From: a virus
Taxonomy: Duplodnaviria; Caudoviricetes
DNA length: 64,000 bases
Virus record (IMG/VR): IMGVR_UViG_3300020371_000002
Reading direction: 5' to 3' (one strand)
This document shows positions 47,201-57,100 of this stretch, piece after piece. A model generated the notes under the pieces. It saw only the letters and a program-made list of their open reading frames with translations. It was not told the DNA's origin and did no database searches. How positions within the stretch are numbered: the first letter of the stretch is position 1; each line of letters starts with the position of its first letter. A program made the translations under genes and the position numbers.

Positions 47201-48795
47201 GTTCCAATACCGAGATAAGAAGATCTGGAGTATGCTTCCGTGGATTCCCCAAGAATCTCGACGGCCTTGAATCCAGGAATAATGTACTTGTAATCCTCTG
47301 CCCTGAAGGCAACCAGACGTACAAATCCATAGTCGATATCTTCTGGAATTGGAGTCTGAGTGATCGAACCGTAATCAACAGGAGTAACAATTCCATCTCT
47401 TTGAAGAGGCGATCTCCAATGAGGAGTGAAGTCCTCAATGATCGTACCACTAACAACGAAGAGTTCTGCACCATCGTAATCGGATACGAATGCGACATCG
47501 GATGCAGCACCACTGAGGGTATATGTTGGACCCGTTGTTGGTGGGAAGTGAGTAAGTTTGAGTCCTTCTGCAAATCCTGTGAAGAACAGTTCTGCACGAC
47601 TGATTCTTTCGCGAGCGATAGATTCTGTAGCCGCACTTCCCTTGACAATGAGACCTGTACCTTCGATACCCTTCGGTGTGAAGGATTCTTCTGCAGATCC
47701 ATTGAAGGTAAATTGACCTTCTTCTCCAAATACTGTGTGTTGTGGTGCCTGACCAAGACCAAGTTGACCTTGTGCAGTGATCGTACCAGATCCTTCCCAT
47801 GCAAAGGTGTTTCTCTCGGAGAGTCCCGACTGTTTGACCAGTTGAGCAGTTTCTCCAACATAATCTCTGATAAATTTGTCGTATGCCTTGTTCTGTGCAT
47901 TAACAGAAGTTGCCTTGGTGGACAACTTACCGTAACGAACATCAGCAACGATCTGACCCCAATCTTCATAAGATGCTGGAGTCTGAGAAATCTCACCAAA
48001 TGCTTCTGCTGTTACCTGATCGGCATCAGCAAACGAATTTACATTCGTATCTGTAGAGTCAAAGGTGACGCCATCTGCATCAGAGAAGCCTGCACCTTGT
48101 CGTACAGCAACTGTACCGAAGTCAAATTCTTCGAAACCGCCAGTGTAGAAGGAGTAGTCATACGTTCTACTCTCATCCAGTGTACCGTTAAGGGTTTCCT
48201 CATTAGGACGAACTTCAATGTATTCGTCAGGATACTCCTGTGAGGTTCCCCCTGAAACGGTGAGTGTAATTCTTGATTCGAACGGATATATGTTGAATTC
48301 CGCCGTTGCCGCCTCTTCCGAGACAGTGAGCGTTCCAGATCCGACTTCTGTAAATGTATTGCTTGTAACCGCCTCTCCAGAGAGGGTTGGAGATGGTCCT
48401 GCGGCACCCAAGTCTGGGATAACCAGTCTTTCCAGACCGCCACCAATCTCGAAGAGGGTGCCAGACCCCTGCCAAGGCGCCTGAGTGCGTGATACCTTTC
48501 CTGCACCCTGTATGACGTATGTATCCACTGGGACTGCAGGTACAAACGTTGCGGCTTCTTCTCCTCCGCTCTGAATGTCCGCGATAGAACCAAATGGATA
48601 TACTACACCAGTATAAACAATTAATCCATAATCATTGGGATTAAAACCTAATGCGTCTTCCTCTTCGATAGCCGCATCTGAAATATTGCCAAAGTCCTCC
48701 AAGTTCCCCGCCGACCCCGTAATCTCTCCGTAGGTATCGGTGAAGAAGTAGTTTATTCTTGCCGAGTCGTAGGTAAAAACCTTTGGGGCAGACAT
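44206..48795 (-). CDS. Large Gly/Thr/Ser/Glu-rich repeat virion protein (1529 aa)
   Basis: Codon usage like the other structural genes; no Cys seen in the translation; repeats D[YFW]GxI, GYYGDDxDPGTSG x4, APQHTVFG x2, HPxxD[YF]TP x3. Confidence 0.8.
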   Translation of the reverse strand: MSAPKVFTYDSARINYFFTDTYGEITGSAGNLEDFGNISDAAIEEEDALGFNPNDYGLIVYTGVVYPFGSIADIQSGGEEAATFVPAVPVDTYVIQGAGKVSRTQAPWQGSGTLFEIGGGLERLVIPDLGAAGPSPTLSGEAVTSNTFTEVGSGTLTVSEEAATAEFNIYPFESRITLTVSGGTSQEYPDEYIEVRPNEETLNGTLDESRTYDYSFYTGGFEEFDFGTVAVRQGAGFSDADGVTFDSTDTNVNSFADADQVTAEAFGEISQTPASYEDWGQIVADVRYGKLSTKATSVNAQNKAYDKFIRDYVGETAQLVKQSGLSERNTFAWEGSGTITAQGQLGLGQAPQHTVFGEEGQFTFNGSAEESFTPKGIEGTGLIVKGSAATESIARERISRAELFFTGFAEGLKLTHFPPTTGPTYTLSGAASDVAFVSDYDGAELFVVSGTIIEDFTPHWRSPLQRDGIVTPVDYGSITQTPIPEDIDYGFVRLVAFRAEDYKYIIPGFKAVEILGESTEAYSRSSYLGIGTYFLSDFADAPRAYDYESSGITGIATYKAGINIFGYNWFSQAPQHTVFGLEGSFTIQGSGAESITPAGEIGSGSLFTIGGISETTAVNPPAAGTKFISGSAKANPVPAPKGSGTITISQGREEGQTYLRIIDVGTTFGLFGITGSSIEKNTEHYNRSSIKYGQENENFGQIFGTDPSFGFDLQYKGIQSSSVEDYSEGTLTFDNSDQIGRTYDEAVGGAGVLPTFDKTNQYNVNFSSTVVSEDWGEIEENANTVGGPSYDQELYPYNTGFIDQRGIDAGYFDYGWINEDTQDPPKIPFEPPARIIDAVPRAKTMWIPSFPGSGTVLFDISSATESITVFERADVPLLPLSGSGDEAVVWQSPERTVTILTSGAGTESLTKVDVGIGTLATITGELVERVRFEEVGSGTISLVGIATEKLISNPPEGTSLFTPYGSYSNFSAAYSEVADKAVLRLSGELVHPDIDYTPHYGIDRNIGIETGFTLSSGGGLNEDGTGPGIVTTRFIPDYPASGTIFIEGKAIGRTNAPILTDGTIYILGIGTEANGVIDDDTGIGDLNGVEFGAKERFIPATIEAGPGLFDFTGTAPNRPISVFGYYGDDRDPGTSGTITISTETDQTLYREVTRAAVQAGIGTFSGTLDFRKTNAYDGSGSLYTIGGAAESTLVRPVGAGTLFVSGPYGAAEAYSAQTPENVVTLTLSGDAQETLLITNEYFGTVYASGEAHTTRTRAHVASGSLFAFASGAESITPVVSTFTVLVSIGGESANRPIQVFGYYGDDRDPGTSGTISIVGELTHPNIDFTPAVEGTGLFNFTGESTAVYRITAIIIGGTATLSGSADVSFTSGAGEQTQLFRIVGDGETALNSVYGYYGDDKDPGTSGQATISGIGDTRKIQVFGYYGDDKDPGTSGKLQLSSTTLVHPFVDYTPSPDGSGLFKITGGLGIRRLFPPVQATGSLFGIGSGDEAYARSTYVGIGNITIETFTPTIIERVQFEEGRTFVVII
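44858..45432. repeat. 44-bp near-identical direct repeat pair (44858-44901 and 45389-45432)
   Basis: CCAGATGTGCCTGGATCTCTGTCGTCTCC[G/A]TAGTATCCAAAGAC with one synonymous mismatch. Two more diverged copies near 44495-44525 and 44582-44612. Confidence 0.85.
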
Positions 48796-48813
48796 ACTAA
48801 ACCTTCATTTGAT

Positions 48814-48850
48814 AAAAAAGGGGAGATACTTCTCTCGAAGCACCTCCCTT
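48814..48850 (-). terminator. Intrinsic terminator
   Basis: Minus-strand stem with a CTTC-GAGA-GAAG top; the stem mismatches become G-U pairs only on the minus strand; followed by a T-run. Confidence 0.7.
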
Positions 48851-48880
48851 ACATAACAAAGATCTAATTATATGTATTAA

Positions 48881-49888
48881 TCAGTCAAGTGCAACGTTCA
48901 GGGTGATCTTAATTTGGTCACCGTTGTTCTGAATGTTGTATGGACCGTTTGTAAATCTCTCAGCGTACATGATGCTGGAGTACAAGGTCGCAGTATTCAG
49001 ACCTGCAACACCATTTGCGGTTGCAGTCAGGGAAGGTGTAGTTACAAACTCGTCTGCGTTAGGTACATCGAATACCGTGTAAACGTTAGATTCAAGAGTT
49101 GTGTTACCTGCACCAGCAGCGACATACAGAATGTCACCTGCTCTAAGACCGTGGTTTGTGGCGGTAATCTTACCGAAACTAAATGTGATCGATGGATCAG
49201 TCTGAGGCTGAATGTTGTCGATAAGTGCCTTATCTAAGTAAACAACGTTCAGAGCTCTGTCAAGTCCAATGATTCTAGTTCCTGTTTGAATACCAGGGTT
49301 ACCTGCAACATACTGACCCAAGGTGAGATCATTCATCGTGATGTTGGCATCTACATTGAAGTAGAAGTTACCAACAACTCCGATACATGGATCGACGTTT
49401 GTACCCTTCGAGACAGTTGTTCCGATACCAACACCAGCAGCATGTTCAACACCCTGTAATGCGACAGGCATGTTGTTTGCTCTGGTCACATAATATCCGT
49501 AGATATTACCAGCAGGACCAGTAAAGGTGAAGGTTTGTTCTGGATAGGTTGCGGTTGTACCACTACCAACGTTCTTAATTACCCAACGAGAACCATTCAG
49601 CAGAATACCATACTGCTGAGTGTAATTCTGATCTGTTCTGTTATCCACGCAATTGGGATAACCTGTATTTGCTGTCGTTCCATAACCATTGGTGTTACCA
49701 TCAATGTATGGCTCGAAATATGCTGTGGTAGACGGTACGTCACCTTCCGCTGGGGTGGTATTACTCGTAAACAGTTTGAGTACGAGGTTTCTTGGTGAAG
49801 TATCCTCTAGGTCTTGCACGAAGTTATTCTGAGCAATCAGATAACGGAGAGACTCAATTTCACCAATATTGGGAACTAGTAATGCCAT
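48881..49888 (-). CDS. Conserved virion structural protein
   Basis: MALLVPNIGEIESLRYL...LKLFTSNTTP...YGYYV...YAERFTNGPYNIQNNGDQIKITLNV, interrupted by a Thr/Gly-rich insert. Confidence 0.75.
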   Translation of the reverse strand: MALLVPNIGEIESLRYLIAQNNFVQDLEDTSPRNLVLKLFTSNTTPAEGDVPSTTAYFEPYIDGNTNGYGTTANTGYPNCVDNRTDQNYTQQYGILLNGSRWVIKNVGSGTTATYPEQTFTFTGPAGNIYGYYVTRANNMPVALQGVEHAAGVGIGTTVSKGTNVDPCIGVVGNFYFNVDANITMNDLTLGQYVAGNPGIQTGTRIIGLDRALNVVYLDKALIDNIQPQTDPSITFSFGKITATNHGLRAGDILYVAAGAGNTTLESNVYTVFDVPNADEFVTTPSLTATANGVAGLNTATLYSSIMYAERFTNGPYNIQNNGDQIKITLNVALD

Positions 49889-49931
49889 CGAAACAACTCC
49901 TCGTAGGGGTTAGACTTTTAAGAACTAATGT

Positions 49932-49939
49932 TATTTATA
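49932..49939 (-). promoter_or_regulatory. Late promoter (TATAAATA)
   Basis: Exact consensus overlapping the upstream TAA. Confidence 0.8.
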
Positions 49940-50612
49940 ATTTTAATTTTAGAGAGATTAGGAATCTTCTAATTCCTGAGACTCCGAACACCTCAAATGT
50001 AAGGATATCACCAGCAACAATTGTCTTATCCCAATTATTTAGTACATCGTCAAAGTATTTGTTTACTCCAGACAGAATTACTCTCGATCCACCTGTGATA
50101 CTAGTGAATGTGGGATAATTTGTATAGTTAGACTTAGAAATCTCAAAAGCTACGTTTCCAGTCTGATCAGACAGAACTGTAATGGATTCGATAACTCCAC
50201 TGACATCTAATGTTACTTTACCTTTGTTGCCCGCAAGCATGTCTGAACTACCACTATCAATTACATAATTGATTGTTCTGGTAAGGTCAGCAGTTGTTGC
50301 AAGTGCAATAACAAAAACGTCATCCGTTTGCAATGGTGCTTGGCTGAAAATGATGTTACTACCTGCAAGAGTAAAATCTTGTGCAGGATTAAGTACACCA
50401 CCATTCTTAACCACTATGAGTTGTTGATCATTAATTGCAGTATACGGAGTGCCATTATCCGTAAGTGCAAAAGTAACTCCAATTCCATTGAATTGACCAC
50501 TAAAGTCATCAATTACAATATTGCCATATTGTATGGCTTTAGTTGGAATTTCGTAATCAACTCCAACCCTATATTCACCTGGGGTATTTACTGATACAAG
50601 ATAATTTGTCAT
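49935..50612 (-). CDS. Putative virion structural protein
   Basis: FNG..VTFAL...LIVVKNGGVLNP..DFT...IIFSQAP beta-sandwich-like domain plus a second C-terminal domain. Confidence 0.7.
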   Translation of the reverse strand: MTNYLVSVNTPGEYRVGVDYEIPTKAIQYGNIVIDDFSGQFNGIGVTFALTDNGTPYTAINDQQLIVVKNGGVLNPAQDFTLAGSNIIFSQAPLQTDDVFVIALATTADLTRTINYVIDSGSSDMLAGNKGKVTLDVSGVIESITVLSDQTGNVAFEISKSNYTNYPTFTSITGGSRVILSGVNKYFDDVLNNWDKTIVAGDILTFEVFGVSGIRRFLISLKLKL

Positions 50613-50944
50613 CAGGAAACTCCAGGAACAACAAGAACATTACCCTGAATGGGTTTTGTTTTATATGCATTTGGGGAAGTCAAAACAAGATCATATACAT
50701 ATCTTCCACCCTCAATTGCAGATGTAGCCGTGGACGCAAAGGAAACTTTGCACTGTCCTGCTAATCTGTTTGGAAACGAAATAACAAATGGGTAGTATTT
50801 TGTAGCCCCAGGATGTTTACGCATCTTGGCTTCTGCAGTATATCCAGTAAGATTTAATGCAGATGCGTTCTGGTTTTGAATTGTGAACGTGGCTTCAAAA
50901 TCTACGCCCTGGTCAACCACCAAATTAATAACTCTTGCTGCCAT
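50612..50944 (-). CDS. Small virion protein (baseplate-associated BppU_N-like pattern)
   Basis: INLVVDQGVDFEATFT...LNLTGYTAEAKMRK...GRYVYDLVLT. Confidence 0.7.
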   Translation of the reverse strand: MAARVINLVVDQGVDFEATFTIQNQNASALNLTGYTAEAKMRKHPGATKYYPFVISFPNRLAGQCKVSFASTATSAIEGGRYVYDLVLTSPNAYKTKPIQGNVLVVPGVS

Positions 50945-50967
50945 TATCCATCAGGGTCGGATTTGAA

Positions 50968-51174
50968 CTATTTATCCAATTTTTCTAATATCAACTTCAT
51001 CATATCTTTCAATTCACCAACTTCTTCTTTGAGATTGGTGATTTCCTGTCTATCAGTCAACGCTTTATTCTTCATTCTAATGTATTCGTCATATGCCTTG
51101 TCAGAGTTATTCAGAATCGCATTTGACTCTGAGTCTCTGACAAGTCCCGCATGATCTTTTACCTTAATGTGCAT
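50968..51174 (-). CDS. Small coiled-coil hypothetical protein
   Basis: VKDHAGLVRDSESNAILN... LKEEVGELKDMMKLIL; starts 1 nt after the 2503-aa gene. Confidence 0.75.
   Translation of the reverse strand: MHIKVKDHAGLVRDSESNAILNNSDKAYDEYIRMKNKALTDRQEITNLKEEVGELKDMMKLILEKLDK
50969..50976 (-). promoter_or_regulatory. Late promoter (GATAAATA)
   Basis: Overlaps the stop of the 68-aa gene. Confidence 0.6.
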
Positions 51175-51175
51175 A

Positions 51176-54100
51176 TCAAATAGAAGCGATGGCTCTCAAG
51201 TCACGAATCTTAGGAACATAAGCGTAATTAGTTCCTGTCATAACAATCTTGATCTGGAATCCAGTGAAAGGAGGAAGGTCCCTTGCATTGAACTCATACT
51301 CACGATAGTCATTCAATCCATTAGAAGCAGTAATTCTTCTATCTGGTAGACCACTATTTTTTGCAATGTCAACTGTTACGCCATTTCCATCAAGATTATC
51401 ATAACCAGGGAAGAGTTCAAACAACTGATACTCAGGAGGAGTATCAGGTCTAAAGATCCTATAAAGAACTCTAATATCATTAGTAGAGTGTCTGTAAGCA
51501 TCAAACATAACCTTAAGACCATCAGCAGCCTTTTCAAGATTAATTGGTTTGGAGAGATAAATCGCTGCGGATGGATCCGAATCAAGAGAATTGACTCTCA
51601 AATCAGTTGAATAATTATCAATCTTACTATTAATTCTATCCATCGTAGTGATCACGTTCACTCGATCCAAGTCAATCATTGGACTTACTTTATTGTCTGC
51701 AGTCGAGAGTGTGAACTCCATTGTGAAGGACTTTCTGCCAGGGAAGTCTTCAAGTCTAGAGAGTTCATTAACTTTAGATGCAATAATTCTTGGAGTTGTG
51801 AAAGGATTATTACTATTAAGAGAAATGGGTTCAAATCCTTGGTCTACAAACGATTGAGCATCACCATCAGGACTGTTGCCTGTAAATGTTCTGACTCTTG
51901 CAGATGCACCTGTTCCTTCTGGTTGAAGAATAGAAACATTTGTTCTCAAAGAGTTGAAAGGAACATTTTGCGTTGCTCTAGGTACATTTTGTGAACCAAC
52001 AATCGAATGCTGAGTATCATAAGATCCAGCAGATTTGGTTTCATTGAAGTACAACTCGGGAAGTGTACCAGAACCAGCAGCACGATTAGTACCTCTACTA
52101 GAAACACCAACTCTAACCCAGTAATGGTCAATATCTAAAGGATAATTTGCAATGTCTGTGGATTCGAAACTGTGTTGGCAATTAATTCTTCGAAGAGATA
52201 CACCATTCAATTCATACTTAAACAGAATATCATTTGGATTGTAATCTCCAGACTTGGTATCATCAATTGCTCTTGAAATTCCAGTGATTGTGGAATTTGT
52301 AGTAGAAACACCAGTATACTTAATAATTTCTTGTCCAAGTTTTACATAACCAGGGTTATTAGCGTCAACTGGATAATTTTCAAATGCGGTAAAGATACCA
52401 ACTGAAGTTACGGCGATATCATCAGTAGAGGCAGAATCAAATGCAGCTGTAATCTTTTCTGGTTTTACATCACTTTCAATACCAAAGAGTTCGACTCTAT
52501 CCAATCCAGAGTACATACCATGGTTAGCATGTTTTACTCGGAAGTGTAAACCATCATTGAGGGTACTTGCAAACTGTACCGTAGCACCGTTCAAAATACT
52601 AGATCCACCAGCACCAACGTAGAAAAGGTTGGAAGAAGCATCAACTTTAGGAGAACCTTGAATATTATCAAGAACCAGTGTATTAAATGCAGTGATGATA
52701 CCTGCATTATTGGGAATGGTCAAAAGTAAACCTTTACCAAATCCACCCGTATCGGAGGAATTTACAGTTAAGACATCACCTGCTGCATATCCAGTACCAC
52801 CGATGGAAACCGTTGCGGCCACTGCAACTCCACCATTAACATGAATCTTTGCCTTTGCACCAGATCCTTGACCAGTTTTGGCAATCAAAGGAACATTAGT
52901 ATAAACAATCGATCCACTAGTAAATCCTGCGCCAACAGAACTCAATACGAGATCACTACCAATACCAACAGAACCCAGTACCTTAGAAAGTTTGGCATTG
53001 AAGTCTTTATTATTTTGTTGTTTGATAGTAATTCCTGGTTGTAAAGCAGTAGTTTCATTGGAAGAGAGACTCTTAGCCATACCAACTACGACATTTCTTG
53101 CAACCATATCAATTGGGTTTCTCCTCAATGCTGCAATCTGTCTATTACCAATATCCAGATCTGGATTATAGAATCTTACATTAGCCTGTGCAGCATTAAA
53201 TTCTGCTCTATACAGAGTGAACTTAAGGTCTTCAAACTGAGATGGATCCCATGTAGCACCGTTTTGTGATTTAAAGAGAGAACCGAGAAGTGGTTGTTGA
53301 GAAACAATAATCTTCTCAGAATCTGGTTTATTCACCGTTGTTACATCTTCTTCACCCATTCTGGAGATGAATACTGTATATTCATTAGATGCTGACAGAA
53401 GAACCAGAGCAAACTCTCCACCACCCTCACAATAAACTGGAGATGGGAACTCAAAGGTTGTTGCCTTTGTGCCATCTTCAGAAAGAACAACTTGATCTGG
53501 ATCAAGAATACACTCACCGAAAGGAAGAATTGTTTGTGTTGGCAAACCAGTTTCCAGTGTTCTTACTTGAAGCGTAACTGGGAGACTCTTAGTATCTTTA
53601 GTTCTGAAGAACACATCACACTTAGTAAGGAAAACACCGTTAACATCTGGAACCTCGAAAGATTCTGCAAGAGGGTCAACCCATCTTGTCTGTTGTGTGG
53701 TTCTCTGACTGAATGTTGTATCAGCAACTAATCTGGTATCGGTTTCAGTAGTTGTTCTGGAATCAGAACGAGGAATTCTCTGGACATCAGCATTTCTCAT
53801 TCTCAAAGTAGATTCCTCTACATTTTGCAGAGTACCCTGAGAGGTGAAGTTCGCTTCTGCGGAACTGTCAGTGAAACCAGAAATAGTTTCATTAGTAGAA
53901 CTCGAAGTAAGAGTAAAGGTTTTTGTACCAGTATCAAACGTTGGAGTAGCAGGTGTAATTGGATCTGGAACAAACAAAGATCCAATCAATACGCCAGCCT
54001 GATCAGTGATCAATCGTACATCTTTAACAGTCGCAATAGCACCACTAGACTGACCAACCAGTTTCATTCCTTTAGCAAGATATCCAAAATATCCTGATGC

Positions 54101-57100
54101 CGACTGGAGTTCTAAAGATGCAGTATCAACGTTTAGAGCGGTTGCAGTAGAAGAATATGTTGCAGATAATCCGTCAGCAGGAGAATATGGGTTAATCTTA
54201 TAAGTTTCGGTTGGAACATTATATGGACCATACTTGTGATTTTGTTGTGCAAGTCTAAATCTAATACTTGCAGATCCTAGAGATCCAGATACAACTTCAC
54301 CAGTACCAAAAGTACCACTGACCATTTCAATTTCAATCAATTTAGGTACAGTGTACTTATTCATATCAACGTTATCGAAGAATGAATAAAGTCTGGTATT
54401 AGGCTTCAATCTTCTAGTAATAAATTCAATATTTCTAGATCTCATTGTAGCAATGACATCTGTAGAAACTACTTTGTCACCCAAACTTGTAGAATCGAAT
54501 CTTTCACCAACTCTAAATTGAATACCTTCTCTACTTTGATTTCTAGTTGTAGTAGTTGTTTGATTTCTAAACGTAGTAGTTCTACTATCAATTGTAGTTG
54601 TTGTGGTAATAGGAATACCACGACCACGAGGAATACCAGGGCCACGGGTGAATTGACCTCTTACAGAGGTACTTCTGGATCCAGTTTGTCTAGTAATGGA
54701 TTCAATAGCAGGACCCTGAGTTGTACTCTGTCCAGTCCAAGTAGTTTCCCAAGCACCCCAATCAATAGGAGACATGCCTGTGTTACTATCTGCTCCAGTG
54801 ATCGCCATCGATGCACTGTAACTACCTTCAATATCATAAGTTCTTGCACTTCTTCTGGTTTCAATCCAAGTATCAGTTGCTGGATTGAGTTCAATTTGTC
54901 CAATCCAGTTTACAACGTGGAATGGATTAACGTTCTCAATTCTTGTTGCAAACTTGTTTTCAATGTAATTAATATGTTCGTAATTCAAACATACAACATC
55001 GCCCTTTCTAATGACATTGTTGTCTCCAAGATCAGTTACGAATCTATAGTCTGCGGATGGATTAGAGGAAGTTGCAGCACCAACAACAACCTCAGAACCA
55101 AGTAATAGGTCAAGAGAAGTTGTATAGTGAGAAGGTCTCAATCTACCCTCTACAGTGTCGATACTTGCCTTAAACTGAACGTTCTGAATATCTCCACCAA
55201 GAACAGACTTAAAGTTGTCTACAAAGAATCCAGACTTAAATCTATTCAAATTGGTCTGAGGATCTCTCAGTTCCATATTTGCAGTATCACTTTCAAGAAG
55301 AGAAAGTGCGGTATAATACTCAACATTCTTCAGTCTCTTTTCAATTCCAGCGATATCCTTCATTCGATATCGTTTATGGGATTGTAAACGAGTTCTTACT
55401 TCATCAGCGTAGTAAATGTATGGGGGAAGAACAATGGTTGCAATCTCCAGAGCATTATCCAAAGTATTAGGAATCTTTGGTGTAAGTGCAGGAACACCTT
55501 TCTGTAAACTAAAGACACCTTCCTTAGTTAAGTAAAGTTTGTCAATTCTACCGACGTAGTAATCATATGAAAGATTTGTGGACTTATCTTTAGCAATGAT
55601 ATGGGTCGAAGATGATGTAAGAGGATCAAAAGTTCTTGCCTCAAACTCAAATGGTGACAAGTTATTTGGACTATATGGAGTTACTCTAGGTCTAAAGTCA
55701 ATAATATCAGATGCAGCCAAACCAGAAACGAATGGTAAGTCATAAGTATATCTGTCGGCATCATAAGAATTGACTACAACAAAATCGCCTGGATCAGATC
55801 CATCAATATAATAATTATTATAAACGACCTTAAGTCTCTTCGTAGGAGCAGAAGCAGATGCTTTTCTTACTAGAGCAGAATAACCAACATACTCTCTTAA
55901 CTGAGCTGGATCAAGTTCAAAGTTATCTTTAATATCCCTGTCGCCTGGTACAACACCTGCAATATTTGCGGAAATATTGGACTCTTTAAACTTGATTAAC
56001 TCATTTGTTGAGAATGGGTTTTCGTTCAGAGGAACATACTCAATTTCATTAGATCCATTGGAACTAACAAATGCTGCAGCAGCACCAGAATCTTGACCAA
56101 TGATTGTCTCACCACGAATGGCATTAAGAACATTTGAATTGAGATTAACCAGAGTCAATTTCGGAAGAGCTGGATCTTGATTCGTTGAAGATTCAAATAC
56201 ACCAATGACATTTGCAACATCAGGAATTCCAAGAGAAATTCTTCTGTCTTGGACTCTAGTGCCATAATTTGCATTGTAAGTAAGTCCATCATCAAGTTTT
56301 TCAACACCACTACCAGATCCATCCTTTGAAGATCCAGAGATTACAGTGATACTAGATCTCTGGAATACTTTTTTCTTAGGTCTAAGATTTATTTTCTTCC
56401 AAGTAACAGTAAGTTTTGCAGCACCATTGGTACTGATATTACTAAGAGAAACTGTTCTACCAGAGACAACTAATTTTTGATCAGTTAATGGTTCAATAGT
56501 TCCATTATCAAAAGCAAGACTGTAATCTTCTTCATCAAATGGTTCCAAAGTAACATTAGGATCTGTCTCTAGAACTTCACTAAATGCACCGCCAGATACT
56601 GTTACAGCATAAGACTTTCGGAATACCAATGATGAACTACTTAAGTCAACATTAGCTACATTTTCTCTTGTAAGATCTGAGAACAGGTATGCATCACCAT
56701 CATTCTTAACTTCAAGAGAAACATTAAAGAAGTCATTAGTCGTAATTTGACTGGATGGCAACGTTCCATCACAAATATCAGTTACATTTGTTGTTGCTTC
56801 AATTACAACATTTTTACTTGCGGTATTAACTGTAGAAACTCTGTTATACGTTGGAACACTATTTCCCGTCTTCGTATATTGAACAATATCTCCAGTCTTG
56901 ATACCAACTGCAAACGATGCATTTGCAGATGTTACCGTACTAACACCACCAGAAGCAGCACTAATTGTATATTGTGTACCAGCAGGTGCGAGAAGTTTAC
57001 CAATATCAAGAATAGGATCTGCAGTAAAAGGAACTCCCGAATTACCTACGATCTGATGAACATCATCAAATCTATAGTCATTTACTTTATCAACAGTTCT

